A stretch of DNA of 62,011 nt, filler included. It is 12 parts of 12 records of this genome, joined end to end, with 100 filler letters (N's around TTAATTAATTAA, not from the genome) between each part and the next. Parts side by side here need not be neighbours in the genome. Positions count along the whole stretch, not along the records: positions 1 to 8,980 come from SRR7504441_16286; positions 9,081 to 14,089 come from SRR7504441_16291; 10 more parts are not named here. One strand, 5' to 3'. Of this stretch, positions 1 to 12,071 are shown piece by piece. The position numbers and the translations under genes were made by a program. The notes beneath the pieces were generated by a model. That model did no database searches and was not told where the DNA came from. It saw only the letters and a program-made list of their open reading frames with translations. Position 1 is the first letter of the stretch. Each line of letters opens with the position of its first letter.

Positions 1-469
1 GTATGAGTCCAGTCTCGGCCCCGCCAGCCATGCGCATGTGCATGGCCGCCTTCTCTGCAAGTTGCTTCAGCGCGGGCAGTGGTGGCTCGACTCTACGGCG
101 CACCGCTTGGGCTCAGTCATCGGCCCTGAGAAGACAGCAGCTGCGGACCATTCGGCTGGTGCGCGCTGTTGCTGAGTCCAGCTCGAGTCGGCGGATCCGC
201 TGGTTCGCTCCCAGTTGGGGTCGATCGGCCTCGGCCTGGCCTGCTGCTGGGCTGGCGGCGTCGGACGGCCATCCGGTGAGGGCGGGAGCGGGATCGAGAG
301 CTGCGGCGGGGCGGCCGGCGGCTCGCACTCCCAGCCGAGCAGCTCCAGTTTCATCCAGCACTTCGCTGCGGCGGGTGCTCGACAGCGTCGCCTGCCTGCT
401 GGCGGGGCCGACTCCACAAATGGCTCAGCCTGCCAGCCGTTGGAGCCGTTGCTGATCATCGGCATAGCC

Positions 470-2037
470 ATGCTGCGATCGGCCTTGCGCAGGGCCACCA
501 AGGCGGGCCTGCGGGCGGTGGCAGGGTCGCGGTCGGCGCGGGCGGCGGGTAGCTTGGTGCGCCGCGCGACCCCCTCAGCTCGGCTTAGGCTGGTGGGCGC
601 GCCGCGGCTGGCGCGGACGTTCTCCTCAGGAGGACTGCCGCCGCATCAGATCCATGGCTTGCCGGCGCTCTCGCCCACCATGGAGATAGGCAATCTTACC
701 GAGTGGCTGGTGAAGGAGGGCGACTCGTTCAGTCCTGGGGACGTGCTGGCCCGGATCGAGACAGACAAGGCTACAGTTGACCTGGAGGCGCAGGATGACG
801 GCGTGGTGGCCAAGATCCTTGTACCCGCTGGCACCTCAGACCTGCCGGTGGGCTCTCCAATCTTCGTTGTGGTGGAGGAGGCCGAGGACGTGCCGGCTTT
901 TGCTGAGTTTGACCCAGCCGCTGCCTCGCCTGCTCCGACCGCACCCAGCACCCCTGCTGCCGCTGCTGCTGCTCCCACCAGCTCACCGGCGGCTGCCAGC
1001 GCGCCCGCCTCCAGCCCGGGCGGCCGGATATTCGCCTCGCCACTCGCCAAGAAAACAGCCGCCGAGCAGGGGATATCGCTCGCCAGCCTTCAGGGCACTG
1101 GCCCCAGCGGCAGGATTGTGCTGCGCGATCTAGCCAACGCGCCCGCCCAGCCGGCCGCTGCCGCCGCCGTCACGCCGGCGGCCGCTGCAGCCCCATCGGC
1201 GCCGGCTGCGTCTATCCCGAGCTCCGGTGGATTCACTGATGTGCCCAACAGCCAGATGCGCAAGGTCGGAGCTTTGCGAGGCGGCCGGTTGAGCTGTGGC
1301 AGGTGATCGCCCGGCGGCTGGTCGAGTCCAAGCAGCAGATCCCGCACTACTACCTCACCGTCGACTGCGAGATGGACACGCTGCTCACTCTGAGAAAGGA
1401 GATGGCAAGTGAGCACGGAATCAAGGTCTCGGTGAACGACTTTGTGGTCAAGGCCTCGGCCTGCGCCCTGCGCCAAGTCCCAACGGTACCTGCCCGCTCG
1501 GATCCAGCTCAGCCGGGGCTAGGTGAACGCTCAGTGGGGGGCGGATGCGATCCGGTATCTGGACGATGTGGACGTGTGTGTGGCTGTTGCAACTGAGGGC
1601 GGGCTAGTCACGCCAGTGGTGACAGACGTGCCGGGCAAGGGGCTGCAGCAGATCTCGGCTGCGGTCAAGGACCTGGCCACGCGGGCGCGCGATGGGCAGC
1701 TCAAGCCGGCCGAGATGTCCGGCGGGAGCTTCACTGTATCCAACTTGGGCATGTTCGGAGTCAGCCACTTCACCTCGATCATCAACCCGCCACAGGCAGC
1801 CGAGTTGCCCCGCAGCCGCTCACGGGCGGGCAGGTGGCCATTCTAGCTGTGGGGGCAACCATCCCGCGAGTGGTGCCCACTCTTGACGCTGACCCGGACG
1901 CTCCGCAATACAAGACTGTGCAGACAATGACTGTGACGCTCAGCTGCGACCACCGGGTGGTGGACGGAGCAGTGGGCGCCCAGTGGCTCAAAGCGTTCAA
2001 GGGATACATCCAGGATCCGATCAAGATGATCTTATAA
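470..2037 (+). CDS. DLAT: Pyruvate dehydrogenase E2, dihydrolipoamide acetyltransferase, mitochondrial
   Basis: Arg/Ala-rich targeting-like N-terminus, lipoyl domain (PALSPTM...IETDKAT), E3-binding domain (ASPLAKK...GTGPSGRI) and catalytic [10 protein letters not shown]. Introns at 1265-1302 (GT-AG), 1486-1522 (GT-AG) and 1796-1833 (GC-AG) join the frames. Confidence 0.95.
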
Positions 2038-2346
2038 ATCAGCCGGGCCTCACCTATTGCAACAAGCCGTTGGTCGGTCTGCGCTCTCCAAGCTCTAGCG
2101 TTGAAGGCGTGGGATCTTGAAAGGGTTAGAAAGGGTCACGTCATTCAACTGATTAAATTCTTGAACTATACGGACAGCAGATGAACACTTGAGCATCAGG
2201 TTGTCTAGAACACTTCAGATTTGCTCATTGGTCCAACATCGCAACATATTGACATGATTGACAGAGTCAGTGCGACTTACTTCTGTTGCCTAAAGTCGCT
2301 CAAATATAAAATCTGAGATGGCTCTCGACTGGCTTTGACAGCCCAG

Positions 2347-5300
2347 ATGGAGGACGAATCCTGGGCTGATGCACTGTATGAAGACCCACCGGACAATCCA
2401 CCGCAGCCGCCAGCGCCGCCGCAGCCGCCGCCGCCGCCGCCACCGCCGCTGGCCGACCAGATCGCCAGCCGCCGGGCCGAGGCGCTCCGAAAGCTCGAGC
2501 TTTCGCGGACCCGCCGGGCGGCGCGGTGGGGGCCGGAGGCGGTGAGCGGTTCGACCGGCCGGTGGCCTGGGCTGTGCTCTGGCTGCCGGCACACGCTGCG
2601 GCGGCAGGAGAATGGGCGCTGGGCCTGTGTGCGCGGCTGCCGGGGTGGGGAGGAGGGCAGGCAGGTGGTGCTCGAGTGGGCCCCGGGCTGCGCGGGGGTG
2701 CGGCTGCCTGGGCTGGATCTAACGGACTTCACCGGTCGGGCGGCCGATGGATCGGTGGGCCTGGCCGACCACGACCGGCTGGTGGAGTGGCTGGCCAGCA
2801 AGCTGCCGGAGGGAGTCAGCTCGGTGGGGATCCCGGCCCCGATCCGGAAGGCGGTCGCCGGGTACTGCGCAGGGCTGTGGGGGGCGGCGGAGGTGGCGGC
2901 CGGGATGGAGCGGGCGGCGGCGGCGGCCGGGCGGTTGGTGCGCCAGTTGCTGCCGTTTCAGCGCACTGGAGTCGAGTTTGCGCTCCGGAGGGGCGGCCGC
3001 TGCCTGATTGGGGACGAGATGGTACCCCCTACTGTATTCCAACGGTAACCGCTGGACAGGGGGTGGGTAAGACGCTGCAAGCGCTGGCCGTGGCGGCGGC
3101 GTACAGCAGAGAGGGGCCGCTGCTGGTGGTGACCGGGTTGAGTAGAATTGGTTTGATCGGTTTTAGGTGTGCCCGTCCTCGCTCCGGTTCGCCTGGGCGG
3201 AGGAGATCGAGCGCTGGCTCCCGTTGATCCGGCCGAGCCAGCTGCAGGTGGTCACGCACCGGGCCGAGTGGCGGCCTCCAGGCCCGGTCAGCTGCCAGGC
3301 AAACCAGTGCTGACTGTGCGACAGGAGGGGGTGGTGGTGCTCTCTTACCATCTGGCCGCCAACTTCCTCAAGGCGGAGCTCCGGGCGGTCGGCTGGGCGA
3401 TGCTGATCGCCGATGAGGTCCGCACGCTCCGAATCCCCAACCGACGTGCTGTGACAGAGCCACGAGCTGAGTTCGGCGATCAAGCCCGGCAGGGCAGACA
3501 AGACAGTCACGCAGGTGCTGTGCGGGCTGATTCGAGACAGTCCGCACGCCGTTTTGCTCTCGGGCACCCCGTCAGTCTCCCGGCCGGCCCAGGTCGGTTG
3601 GCGACTAGCAGCGCCGGCTCACGGTCGCTCGCAGCTGTTCGCACAAGTGTCGGCCGTCGCCCGGTCGGACGTGCTCTTTGGGCAGACCGCCCGGCAGCTG
3701 GCGCTGAGGTACTCCGCAGAGAAGCGCTACTCGTCCCACAGCGGCTCCGGTGAGCCGAGCACTGATTGGTCGATCAACAATTGGCAGGGTTTGAGCCGAT
3801 GAGCGCCGCGGCCGAGCTGGAGCTGCACACGCTGCTGGTGGCCACTGTGATGATCCGGCGGCTCAAGGCCCAAGTGGCCGCCCAGCTCCCGCCCAAATGG
3901 TCTCCAGTCGGATCGAGCTGCGCCTGAGCCGGGTCTCAGCCGGCAGGTGGTGCGCCTGGCTGTTGAGCCGCAGGGCGCCGAATCCGAGCTAACAGACTAC
4001 GAGCAGGTGCTCGAGTGTGATGGATTAATCTGATTGGCCGCAGGTGGGCCTGGCCAAGCTCGAGCCCGCCAAGGAGTTCCTAGGAACTCTGCTGGCCGGT
4101 CCAGTGATCAGTTGATTGATCTAATCGGCGGGCAGGGATGGCCTCTGACCGGAAGCTGGTGCTGTTTGCCCACCACAGATCTGTTTTCTCTGGGCTTTTC
4201 GGCTGGGCAACAACCCAACTGGGCGATGCCGGTGGCTAGCCCAGATTTAGCTGGCGCTGATGGCGCGCAGGGTTTAGTCACCTCGACGGGAGCACGGAGG
4301 CCGAAGACCGGAGGGAGGCAGTTCGAAGGTTTAACGGCGACTCGAGCTGCAGACTGGCGCTTGTGTCGGTCAGTTGTGTTGGATCTGCCTAGCTGACTGT
4401 GGGTCAGGTGACTGCTGGCGGCACTGGGATCAATCTGAGCGCGGCCGACACTGCAGTGTTTGCTGAGCTGCCTCCGCACGCGGCCACGCTGCTGCAGGTT
4501 GAGCTTGGTTGATCTCCACTGACCTAGTTGACTGCAGGCGGAGGACCGGCTGCACCGGCGCGGGCAGGCCCGCCCAGTCCACATCTACTACCTTTGCGCG
4601 GCCAGCAGCCAGCACGACGAGCGGCTCTGGCAGGTATCGGTCGAGGCCTAGTGGGCGGCTCAGCAGTGCGTGGACTGCAGCAACTGGACAGGAGTGCCCG
4701 GAGCACTGCCGCGGTGCTCAACGGCGCGGGCGACGCCCTGGCCACCGACGGACTGGCCGTGCACCACGTCGGTCGCAGGTGACGACTAGCGTTAACAGCA
4801 GCGAGCCTGTGGGGCTGTCAGTCCGCAGGCCGCGCCCGAGTCGACGGCTCTACAGCCGGGCCCAGCGCCGACAGAAGCTCTGGTCGAGTGGCCGGTCCAC
4901 CTGGACCGGGAGAGCCTCCAGTTCCAGGCACGGAGCGATTAATCGAGCGTTAAGCCGGTTTAGGTCTCTCACGCCACTGGGCGGCTGCACCTGTTCTGTG
5001 GCGGCGACCCGATTGGACTCAATGGCCGGCTGCTCGACAGGTCTGCCGTCTGTTGATTGCAGTTGGGTTATCAAGGTCGGTTGCAGCCCGGAGCTGCCGG
5101 ACCGGTGTGTCGACCTGCCAGACGGGCTGCTGGTCGAGCACGGAGAGGTCCCTGATTTATAAGTTAATTGGCTGAGGGCTGTGCAAGGCGATAAGACAGT
5201 TTGTGGCTGGTTGGACAGCGCTGCAGCGGCGGCATCAGCGCCGGATCGACCAGCCTCACTCGGCCAGGTCGGCGCCTTGAGTTCGCATCTGACGGTCGGC

Positions 5301-6492
5301 GCAGGTCTCTGCAGCAGGCAGTGGCGGCGTTGGCAGCCCAGGTGGAGTCGCTAAATTGCACGGCCTGACCGACTGTCAGGACGCGGCCCGGCGCGAGCAA
5401 CGACCCAAGAGCTCGGCCCGACACACCAAGGTGGACGGTTGATTCTGCTCAACTGATTGTGGATAGCTGGGTGCGATCCCGGACGATGCAGAAGCTCGGC
5501 ACGTGGAGTGGCTGTGTCGGCGGTGGGGGCGCAGGCCTGACTACTCTAACTGTGGTTTAGGTCCGGCGCAAGTTGGTGGCAGCAGCTGGGCCCAACCGGC
5601 CGGCCGCGGTGCCTGCTCTGCCGAGGGGAATATGCCGAGCAGGCCGGCGGGAGCGACGGGCAGTTTGAGCCAGCCGAGGGGCAGTCAATCCAAGGTGGGA
5701 CGGACTGCTCGATCAAAATTAACACAAGCCGACAGGGCTAAGACTGAACAAAAGGACTTTCTTCTGCACAGATCAGTGCCTCAAGGAGTGGGATATTCAG
5801 GCAGGTGGCTACCGGACGGCAATATTTGAGCTCGAACGTGGGGTGCCCTCTTGTTCGATTGGACTGGATTGATCGCACAGCTAGGTGTGCCAGGAGTGTC
5901 GGCTGGACGGGCACAAGCTGTATGAGAAGATCAGGAGACTACCGGAGCCGCTCAGGGCAGCAGCGCTGCAAGCCGAGCCGCGGTGCGACTTGCTACTTGT
6001 TTAACCCAGCATGACTGGCTCAGGTTCGATCGCGGGCTGAGCAACCGTCGACGCGCGGCGATTCTAACCAAACCAGTTGAGGGCCATTTCTGGGAGGTGC
6101 ACCATCAAGAGGCGGTCAAGGATGGTGGAGGCGAGTGTGGGCTCGAGAATCTAGTCACGCTGTGCGTAGTGTGCCACGCCGCTGAGACGCGGCGCCAGCA
6201 CAAGCAATGGGCCGAAGAGCGGAAGGAGCAGCGCAATGCTGAACAACGGCAGCAGAAACGGGCAGCTACGGAGCGGCGGCTGAAGGAACGGAAGCGCAAG
6301 TTTGTGGAATCATCGGACGAAGATGAAGCGACCGAGGGGCGAGTGTGGGCAGAGGCTGAGGGGCAGCTGAGCCTGATTGGGGAGCTCAAGGTAAAAAAGT
6401 CGGGCAATGGCCGGGTGGTGACGGCGTTGCCTCTGACGGCGGAGCTGACTGCGGCCCTCGAGGCGACGGGGAAGATGGTCGACAATGGTTGA
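2347..6492 (+). CDS. ZRANB3: SNF2-family annealing helicase with C-terminal HNH endonuclease (ZRANB3-like), about 20 short introns
   Basis: After splicing: LLPFQRTGV, DEM|GVGKT, DE|SH, LLSGTP, MIRRLK, GINLSAA, Q|AEDR and HNH motif WEVHH...GGGECGLENLVTLCVVCH. Example introns: 3022-3059, 3129-3166, 3277-3314, 3418-3457, 3750-3787, 3900-3939, 4928-4963. Confidence 0.85.
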
Positions 6493-6813
6493 ACCCATGG
6501 ACAAGGACGGTCAGATCAAGATAATGTTCAAAGACACTCACTGCTTACGTAATCAAGTGATGTAAAGTGATGCTAGGCGGACTAAATTAAATTCGTACGT
6601 GCGTAATATTCCGTGGGTGTTCCTAGCCTTGGATCCTAGCTAGCTTTGGGTAACATTCGGGATGACAAGCCACTTTCTCTTTAGCTCACACCACTATGAT
6701 AGTCTAGTTATTGCTCTACTTGGTACTACTTTGATTGTCTCTAATTCACACATCTGCTGATTCACTCCAATACGCCCCATTGCAAACATTTATTCTGCGC
6801 TGCTCAAACCTGT

Positions 6814-8980
6814 TCAGAAAATCTGGAGTCTGTTGAAATAAAGATCATTTTGAGAAGGTGTCGTAACCAGATGAACCTCTGGTCGTTGCGCAATGGCTGG
6901 GACAACATCTATTTCACTGACAGCTCTGCAACCATGTATGTACACGGCAGTAAGTAGAGGGCACCGCTCCATTAGTCTCGCTATGCCCTTGGAGCTAACT
7001 TGGGTACATCCTTCTGTACTGACAACGTGTAACTTTGAACAATTCCCAGCCAGAGCACAGATCCCAATGTCCGTCACAGAGTGGCATCCACGCAGCAGCA
7101 GCAATTCAAGCATGTGACAGTGATTTGAGAGCTGCTCCATTCCTCCATCTGTCAACAAGTGGCACTCAGACACGTTGAGAGACAACAAGTGAGTCCCATG
7201 CGATGCCAAGTTTGCCAGCCCGTCGTCAGTGATTGCGCTACATCCTGCAAGGTCGACGCTTTCAAGATGATTCCAGGCTTCAGCAAGTACTCTCATTGAA
7301 TCGTCTTTGATCTGAGGATTGTTTGACAGATTCAAATGTTGCACTGCTGGGCAGCTCTGCACTAGTGACTCCAGTGCCAAGCGACTCAGCCAAGGACATG
7401 CTGACAACCTGACCTTTGTAAGACGATTGCAGCTCAAGGGTTGCAAAGCGAGCTCACTCAAATGAGAGCATCCTGACAGACTAAGTTGCAAAAGCTCTTT
7501 TGCACCAGATAAGTAATCGAGTGTTACATCACGTGCTTGTGGTCCTGCTAGAGAGATGCTGGTTAAGTGCTGCTCACATCGAGAGAGAATTTCACCCAGC
7601 ATCTGGCCTGGCACCCGGCTGTCGCGCATGTGATCTGCGCATTTTTCTAGATCTAGTAATGCTATCTGGCCTCCACTAGCCTGAACCAGGTGGCGTAACA
7701 TCATCGTACTGCGCGGCTTTGCTGAGACTCTCACTAGTTTCAGCGTATCTCTCCACAGCCGACTTGTCAAAGAGACATTGCAAAAGCCCCGTTTGCTAAC
7801 CATGACCAGCCTTGTGAGGATACGAAGAGATGCAGCAACCCCGACCACGCGGACCGGGTCTGGCAGGCGCGGAGCCTCTCTCTCAGCCACGGGAGCATGA
7901 GCAAGTGGGCTAGTTCCAGCCTCTGCGTCTGCTTTCATCGCTAGAATCAGAAGGAAGACAAAGACAGCGACACCTGCTACCATTAGATGCGGTGTTGCAT
8001 CCTCCAGTGTGTTGATTCCAAACACACCCGGAAGCAAGCCTGCACTAGCAGCCGGGCCGGTTCCATTGACCCAGTCTGCCAGTAGACCCAAAGATGGCTC
8101 CAGCTGAAGAGTTCCGAAGGCTGCAGCGAGGCCCACCAGCCAACCAAAGAATCCATGTACTGGATGTCCACCGGATAGCCACAGCCGAACAGCTATCCCA
8201 ACAACAAACAAATAGCCGCCAGAGGCAGCTGCTCCAAGCACAGGTTGCAACATAGGGATGGTACCAAAGCTCAGTGCAGTCCATCCAGATATCGTGCCCA
8301 CTGCCCCAGCGATGCAGATGCTTCCAATGGCCACAAGCCTACTAGCTTCGAAGCACAGCAATATGCCTGCAGTAGCTAGGCTTATTGTAACTGTGCAAGG
8401 AAGGTGGAGCAGGACTGTGCCCACACCGGATTCAGAACTCTGCACAAATGCTTCCACTATGCATATTGCCTGCTGGGCATTATGCAACAGCTGGACTAAT
8501 ACGACACCCAGAATGACTGAAGGTCCTTGCGCATCTGGGATGACACTGGAAGCAAAAGCGAGGTTGATTCCGCAACCAAGGCCCAGTGTAGTTGTCAAAG
8601 TCCCAATTTCCATAAGAGCTCTCTCGGACATTTCTGAACTGCCTGTGATGAGCTCCGATTTACTTGCACAAGTTAATCCGAGCAAACTGCCCGCGGCCAT
8701 CCCAGTTAACAGCTGCCTTGCCTTGGGGCCAGAGGGCGGTTGTCCAGGTAGTAGAGCTCTAGAAAGGAAGAAACTTGTAAATGTAGTCCACAGGATGGAG
8801 CACAATGAGATGATCCAAAGCGTAAGCCAGGGCAGATCGCTCTCTAAGGCATAAGGATTCCACCCACAGAGCTCTAAAACATAGGCGATTGTTGTCTGCC
8901 CAAGGTACTTCTTTCGCTGTTTTCTAGGTTGGTGTCTGGCCTTGTGCCCGTATTCAGAATCTTCGTAGTCTTCATCTAAC
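6814..8980 (-). CDS. Multi-pass membrane (ZIP-like) domain fused to F-box-like and LRR (FBXL-type) domains; 5' truncated
   Basis: Frame is open to the contig edge. Hydrophobic helices include LLHN and LLHLP. These are followed by LPDPV...VSLTSRLWR and about 9 cysteine-containing LRRs (e.g. LESVDLAGCSAITDDGL). Confidence 0.75.
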
Positions 8981-9080
8981 NNNNNNNNNNNNNNNNNNNN
9001 NNNNNNNNNNNNNNNNNNNNNNNNTTAATTAATTAANNNNNNNNNNNNNNNNNNNNNNNNNNNNNNNNNNNNNNNNNNNN
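8981..9080. other. Artificial contig-joining spacer (44 N + TTAATTAATTAA + 44 N); first of 11
   Basis: Identical 100-nt cassettes also at 14090-14189, 17863-17962, 22630-22729, 32932-33031, 36641-36740, 41254-41353, 45403-45502, 49285-49384, 53140-53239 and 58899-58998. The 12-mer places stop codons in all six frames. Confidence 0.98.
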
Positions 9081-9608
9081 CGGCCCTCTCCAACGCCACC
9101 ATAGCCCACCGAGTAATCCGGGCGCTTGGTGCCTGCGGCCAGTGGGCCGCAGGCGGCGGGGCGGGGGCACCGGCAGCCCGAGCTGTTGCCGCCCGGTCCG
9201 AGTGAACACCTGTTGCAGCTTCTCCAAGTCCCCGGCGGCGCAGCAGGCCTGGCCCGGGCTCGTAAAGGCTGCCAGGACTGGGGCACACCTTGACATAGTG
9301 CGCAGTGGTCTCTTTAGTCACCGGGATCATGGCCCTGCCGGCCGGGTGAGCGACCAGCCCCGGGGGCACCAACACCGGTTGTACATCTGGACCATCGGAA
9401 ACGCGAGCGCGTCGAGATGCTGCTGAGACTCCACCCCCCGAAGCAGCTGGTCCAGTCTGCGCGCGCCCGGTCGGTTGTGCCGGCGCAGCTGGGCGTTGAG
9501 CGCTGGACCGCACGGGTGAGGCGGCCGGTCCCGGGCTGACCCACCCGAGAAGATGAGACCAGGGCTCGCGGTCGCCGTCGAGCAGAACAGCCGCTGGGCC
9601 CTCAGCAT
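9081..9608 (-). CDS. Hypothetical protein, possibly mitochondrion-targeted; 3' truncated, several introns
   Basis: Starts MLRAQRLFCSTATAS. Frames are joined by roughly 40-nt GT-AG introns (MYNR|AMIPVTKETTAHYVK|ACCAAGDLEKL). Confidence 0.45.
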
Positions 9609-9746
9609 CTTCCGCCCGACTGACTCCCGAAGCCAACAAGGCGATCACCTTTTCTTTTCTTTTTTCCAGTCCAGAGTTGACCGGCGAATCTCACAAGGAC
9701 CGGGACCGCGGAAGGAGAGGGCCCGGACGAGCGCCGCACCTGCAGA

Positions 9747-10739
9747 ATGAACGGCGGGCCGCGGCCGTGGCACCTGTGGCTGCTCGAGTGGCTCAGTGTC
9801 AATTTTACGCTGGTCTGCCTGGCCGTGCTGGCGCTCACCGGCCGGGGGCGGTGCGTGCGGCAGTGGGGCCTCGGGTGCGTCTGCGGCGCGCTCGGTGAGC
9901 TGTGGGTGGCAAAGAGCGGCACCCTGGTCTGGGAATACCACCAGTGGCGGAGCCACTTCATCTACCCGCCGACCGCCGTCGTAATGATGTGGGGGCTATG
10001 GAGCGCGCTCTTCGCGGAGCTCTCCGCCGGCTGCACCCCGCGCTCTCTTGTTGGGCTCTCCGTGCGCGAGGCGGTCCACGCCGTGCTGCTCGCGGCCTCG
10101 ATAGAGCCGCTGGCGGTGCGGCTCGGCTGGTGGGAGTACAGTGCGTTCCCGTACCAAGGCCTCAAAGTGCAGCAAGTGCCGGTCTCAGTACACGCGGCCT
10201 ATTTCTTTGCGTTCGCGACCTTGAGCGGTTGCTCCAGATTCTGGGAGCACAGGATGCCGCCCCAGCAGTCCTGGGCGAGCGCGGCCGGCGGCATGTTACT
10301 CAGCGGGCTGTGCGCGCTACCGATAGGGTTTGTGGGCTTCCAGTGCTATGTGTTGGCTGCCACTTTGGCTGGCGACTTTTGGGCGATCCGGCTGGTAGCC
10401 TTCACGCTGTTTCTAATGACCGAGCACCTAACGCAGCTTGCTGTGACGCCTGCCAAGCCGGACATGACCACAGTAATGATGTGCACAGTGATGGTGATCG
10501 CGGTGCACGGATACTGCTGTGCTGTCGGATATCTTGAGCTAAGAGATTTGCAATACTGCTTGTTCGCCGCGGCCATGTTATTGATACACTGCATCTATCT
10601 GCTCACCTGTCAGAAACAGCTGTGGCTGTACCTCTCGCAGACGCGCTGTGCCGAGTGCCTCACGCCTGTCGTTCACATCGCGGAAGGAGCCTCGCTGGCA
10701 GTTGAGGGGACTATCCAAGTTTCCACTACCTTCATTTAG
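9747..10739 (+). CDS. Polytopic membrane protein, possibly CruF/DUF422 (carotenoid-biosynthesis-like) family
   Basis: 330-aa intronless ORF with about 8 hydrophobic segments. Motifs GELWVAKSG...WEY and IEPLAVRLGWWEY...VPV resemble the two repeated halves of that family (recalled similarity only). Confidence 0.6.
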   Translation: MNGGPRPWHLWLLEWLSVNFTLVCLAVLALTGRGRCVRQWGLGCVCGALGELWVAKSGTLVWEYHQWRSHFIYPPTAVVMMWGLWSALFAELSAGCTPRSLVGLSVREAVHAVLLAASIEPLAVRLGWWEYSAFPYQGLKVQQVPVSVHAAYFFAFATLSGCSRFWEHRMPPQQSWASAAGGMLLSGLCALPIGFVGFQCYVLAATLAGDFWAIRLVAFTLFLMTEHLTQLAVTPAKPDMTTVMMCTVMVIAVHGYCCAVGYLELRDLQYCLFAAAMLLIHCIYLLTCQKQLWLYLSQTRCAECLTPVVHIAEGASLAVEGTIQVSTTFI

Positions 10740-10880
10740 CATCCAAGATCCAGTCCTAGAAACAAGATGAAATTTAGCGCACAATAACAATCATTTAAGC
10801 GTCTATCGGCTCACATAGCCAATCACTTAGACAATCTCTCACGTCTCTCAATATAATTATCTCAACTACTGATCATGATG

Positions 10881-12008
10881 TTAACAGTCGCCTTGCGTGG
10901 CCATTTTGTTCAGCTGTACCTCGTCCTCCGCGTCGGCCATGCCTTTCATCTCTTCCCAGAACGCGTCCTTGGGCACTGGCTGGGGCGGCTTCTTGGCTGC
11001 TGGAGGAGGCCGACACAGGCCATCCCATAACAAAAGCTCACCAGTTGCTTTGGTGAGACATCCCAGAAGCCCGTCGCCGCCAAACCCGACCGCCCGAGGC
11101 CGGTGGGCGCACTGTTGGAGCGACGGCCCGGCTGATATTGTGGGGACTTTCATCTGTGAGTGAATCAATCTGGTCCGAGGAGTGCTCTCGCAGCTCGCCT
11201 CCAGAATGTTAACCGTCCACAGCTTCACCAGTTTATCATCTCCAATCGTGGCCACCAGCCGCCGGTCGCCGCCCTCGCCCCCCCAGCTGGCGCAGCCGTA
11301 GCACTCGCTGGCGTGCAGTCGCTGCTTGGTCCGTAGCGCTTCAAGTCGCTGCACGTATTCGCGAGGAGAGGAGAGTCGCTCATTGAACAGTCCCCGATCA
11401 GGCGCCGGCTGGAGCCAAAGTTTGAGCGCGTTGTCGGTTCCCACCGTCAGCACCCAGCCGGTCCGCTCAAGCTGGGAGATCCCCATGACGGCCCCGTCAT
11501 GCCCCTCGAGCATCGCAAAGCACTCCTGATTCTCCAGATCCCAGCAGCGGACAGTCCGGTCATCGGAGGCGCTGAGCAGATACCCGGCCGTGCTGAACCG
11601 CATCTGGCGCACAATCGAGCGATGTCCCGAGAGCGAGCACACCGGCTGGTCGGACTGCAGACTCCACAGCTGGATTTGACCATCGAGCCCGGCCACCGCC
11701 AGCCAACGGCCACACGGCGAGGCCGCGACGCATTTTATCATCCGATCTTGCTGTACGAGCGTCCGGGCCGCGGCCGCCTGCTCCACCAGTCGCCCGTCCA
11801 GCCCCGCAGTGACCGGTGGCCGCCCGGGTGGGAGTGCAACCGAACTCACGCCGTCACCGTGGGGCGTCAGCTCGGTCGGGCGCCCGTAGTCGAGGGCCCA
11901 TCGGCGCACGCTGCCGTCCTCGTATCCGCAGACCGCGTCGGAGCCGTCGAGACACAGGCTGAGCCCCGCTGGCCCGCCGGCACAGGACCGAAACGGGGGT
12001 ATCGCCAT
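10881..12008 (-). CDS. WD40-repeat protein
   Basis: Repeats such as GHRSIVRQMRFSTAGYLLSASDDRTVRCWD and GHDGAVMGI...DNALKLW. Confidence 0.85.
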   Translation of the reverse strand: MAIPPFRSCAGGPAGLSLCLDGSDAVCGYEDGSVRRWALDYGRPTELTPHGDGVSSVALPPGRPPVTAGLDGRLVEQAAAARTLVQQDRMIKCVAASPCGRWLAVAGLDGQIQLWSLQSDQPVCSLSGHRSIVRQMRFSTAGYLLSASDDRTVRCWDLENQECFAMLEGHDGAVMGISQLERTGWVLTVGTDNALKLWLQPAPDRGLFNERLSSPREYVQRLEALRTKQRLHASECYGCASWGGEGGDRRLVATIGDDKLVKLWTVNILEASCESTPRTRLIHSQMKVPTISAGPSLQQCAHRPRAVGFGGDGLLGCLTKATGELLLWDGLCRPPPAAKKPPQPVPKDAFWEEMKGMADAEDEVQLNKMATQGDC

Positions 12009-12071
12009 CCTAACCGCACCGATCTCATCTCTGCAGCTGGCCGGGTGCTGCTGGGTCCTCCGTCACCCGTC

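Noticed and set aside
1-460. Minus-strand gene divergent from DLAT
   Set aside because: It is probably coding, but I could not establish exon structure or identity.
1304-1306. Stop-codon reassignment or frameshifted pseudogenes explaining the broken ORFs
   Set aside because: The breaks resolve by removing short introns, and TAA, TAG and TGA all terminate genes.
3022-6023. Introner transposon family
   Set aside because: The introns share length but show no visible mutual sequence similarity or terminal inverted repeats. Only an ancient origin remains possible.
9025-9036. Recurring TTAATTAATTAA as a biological repeat or CRISPR-like array
   Set aside because: It is always centred in identical N padding, so it is an assembly concatenation linker.
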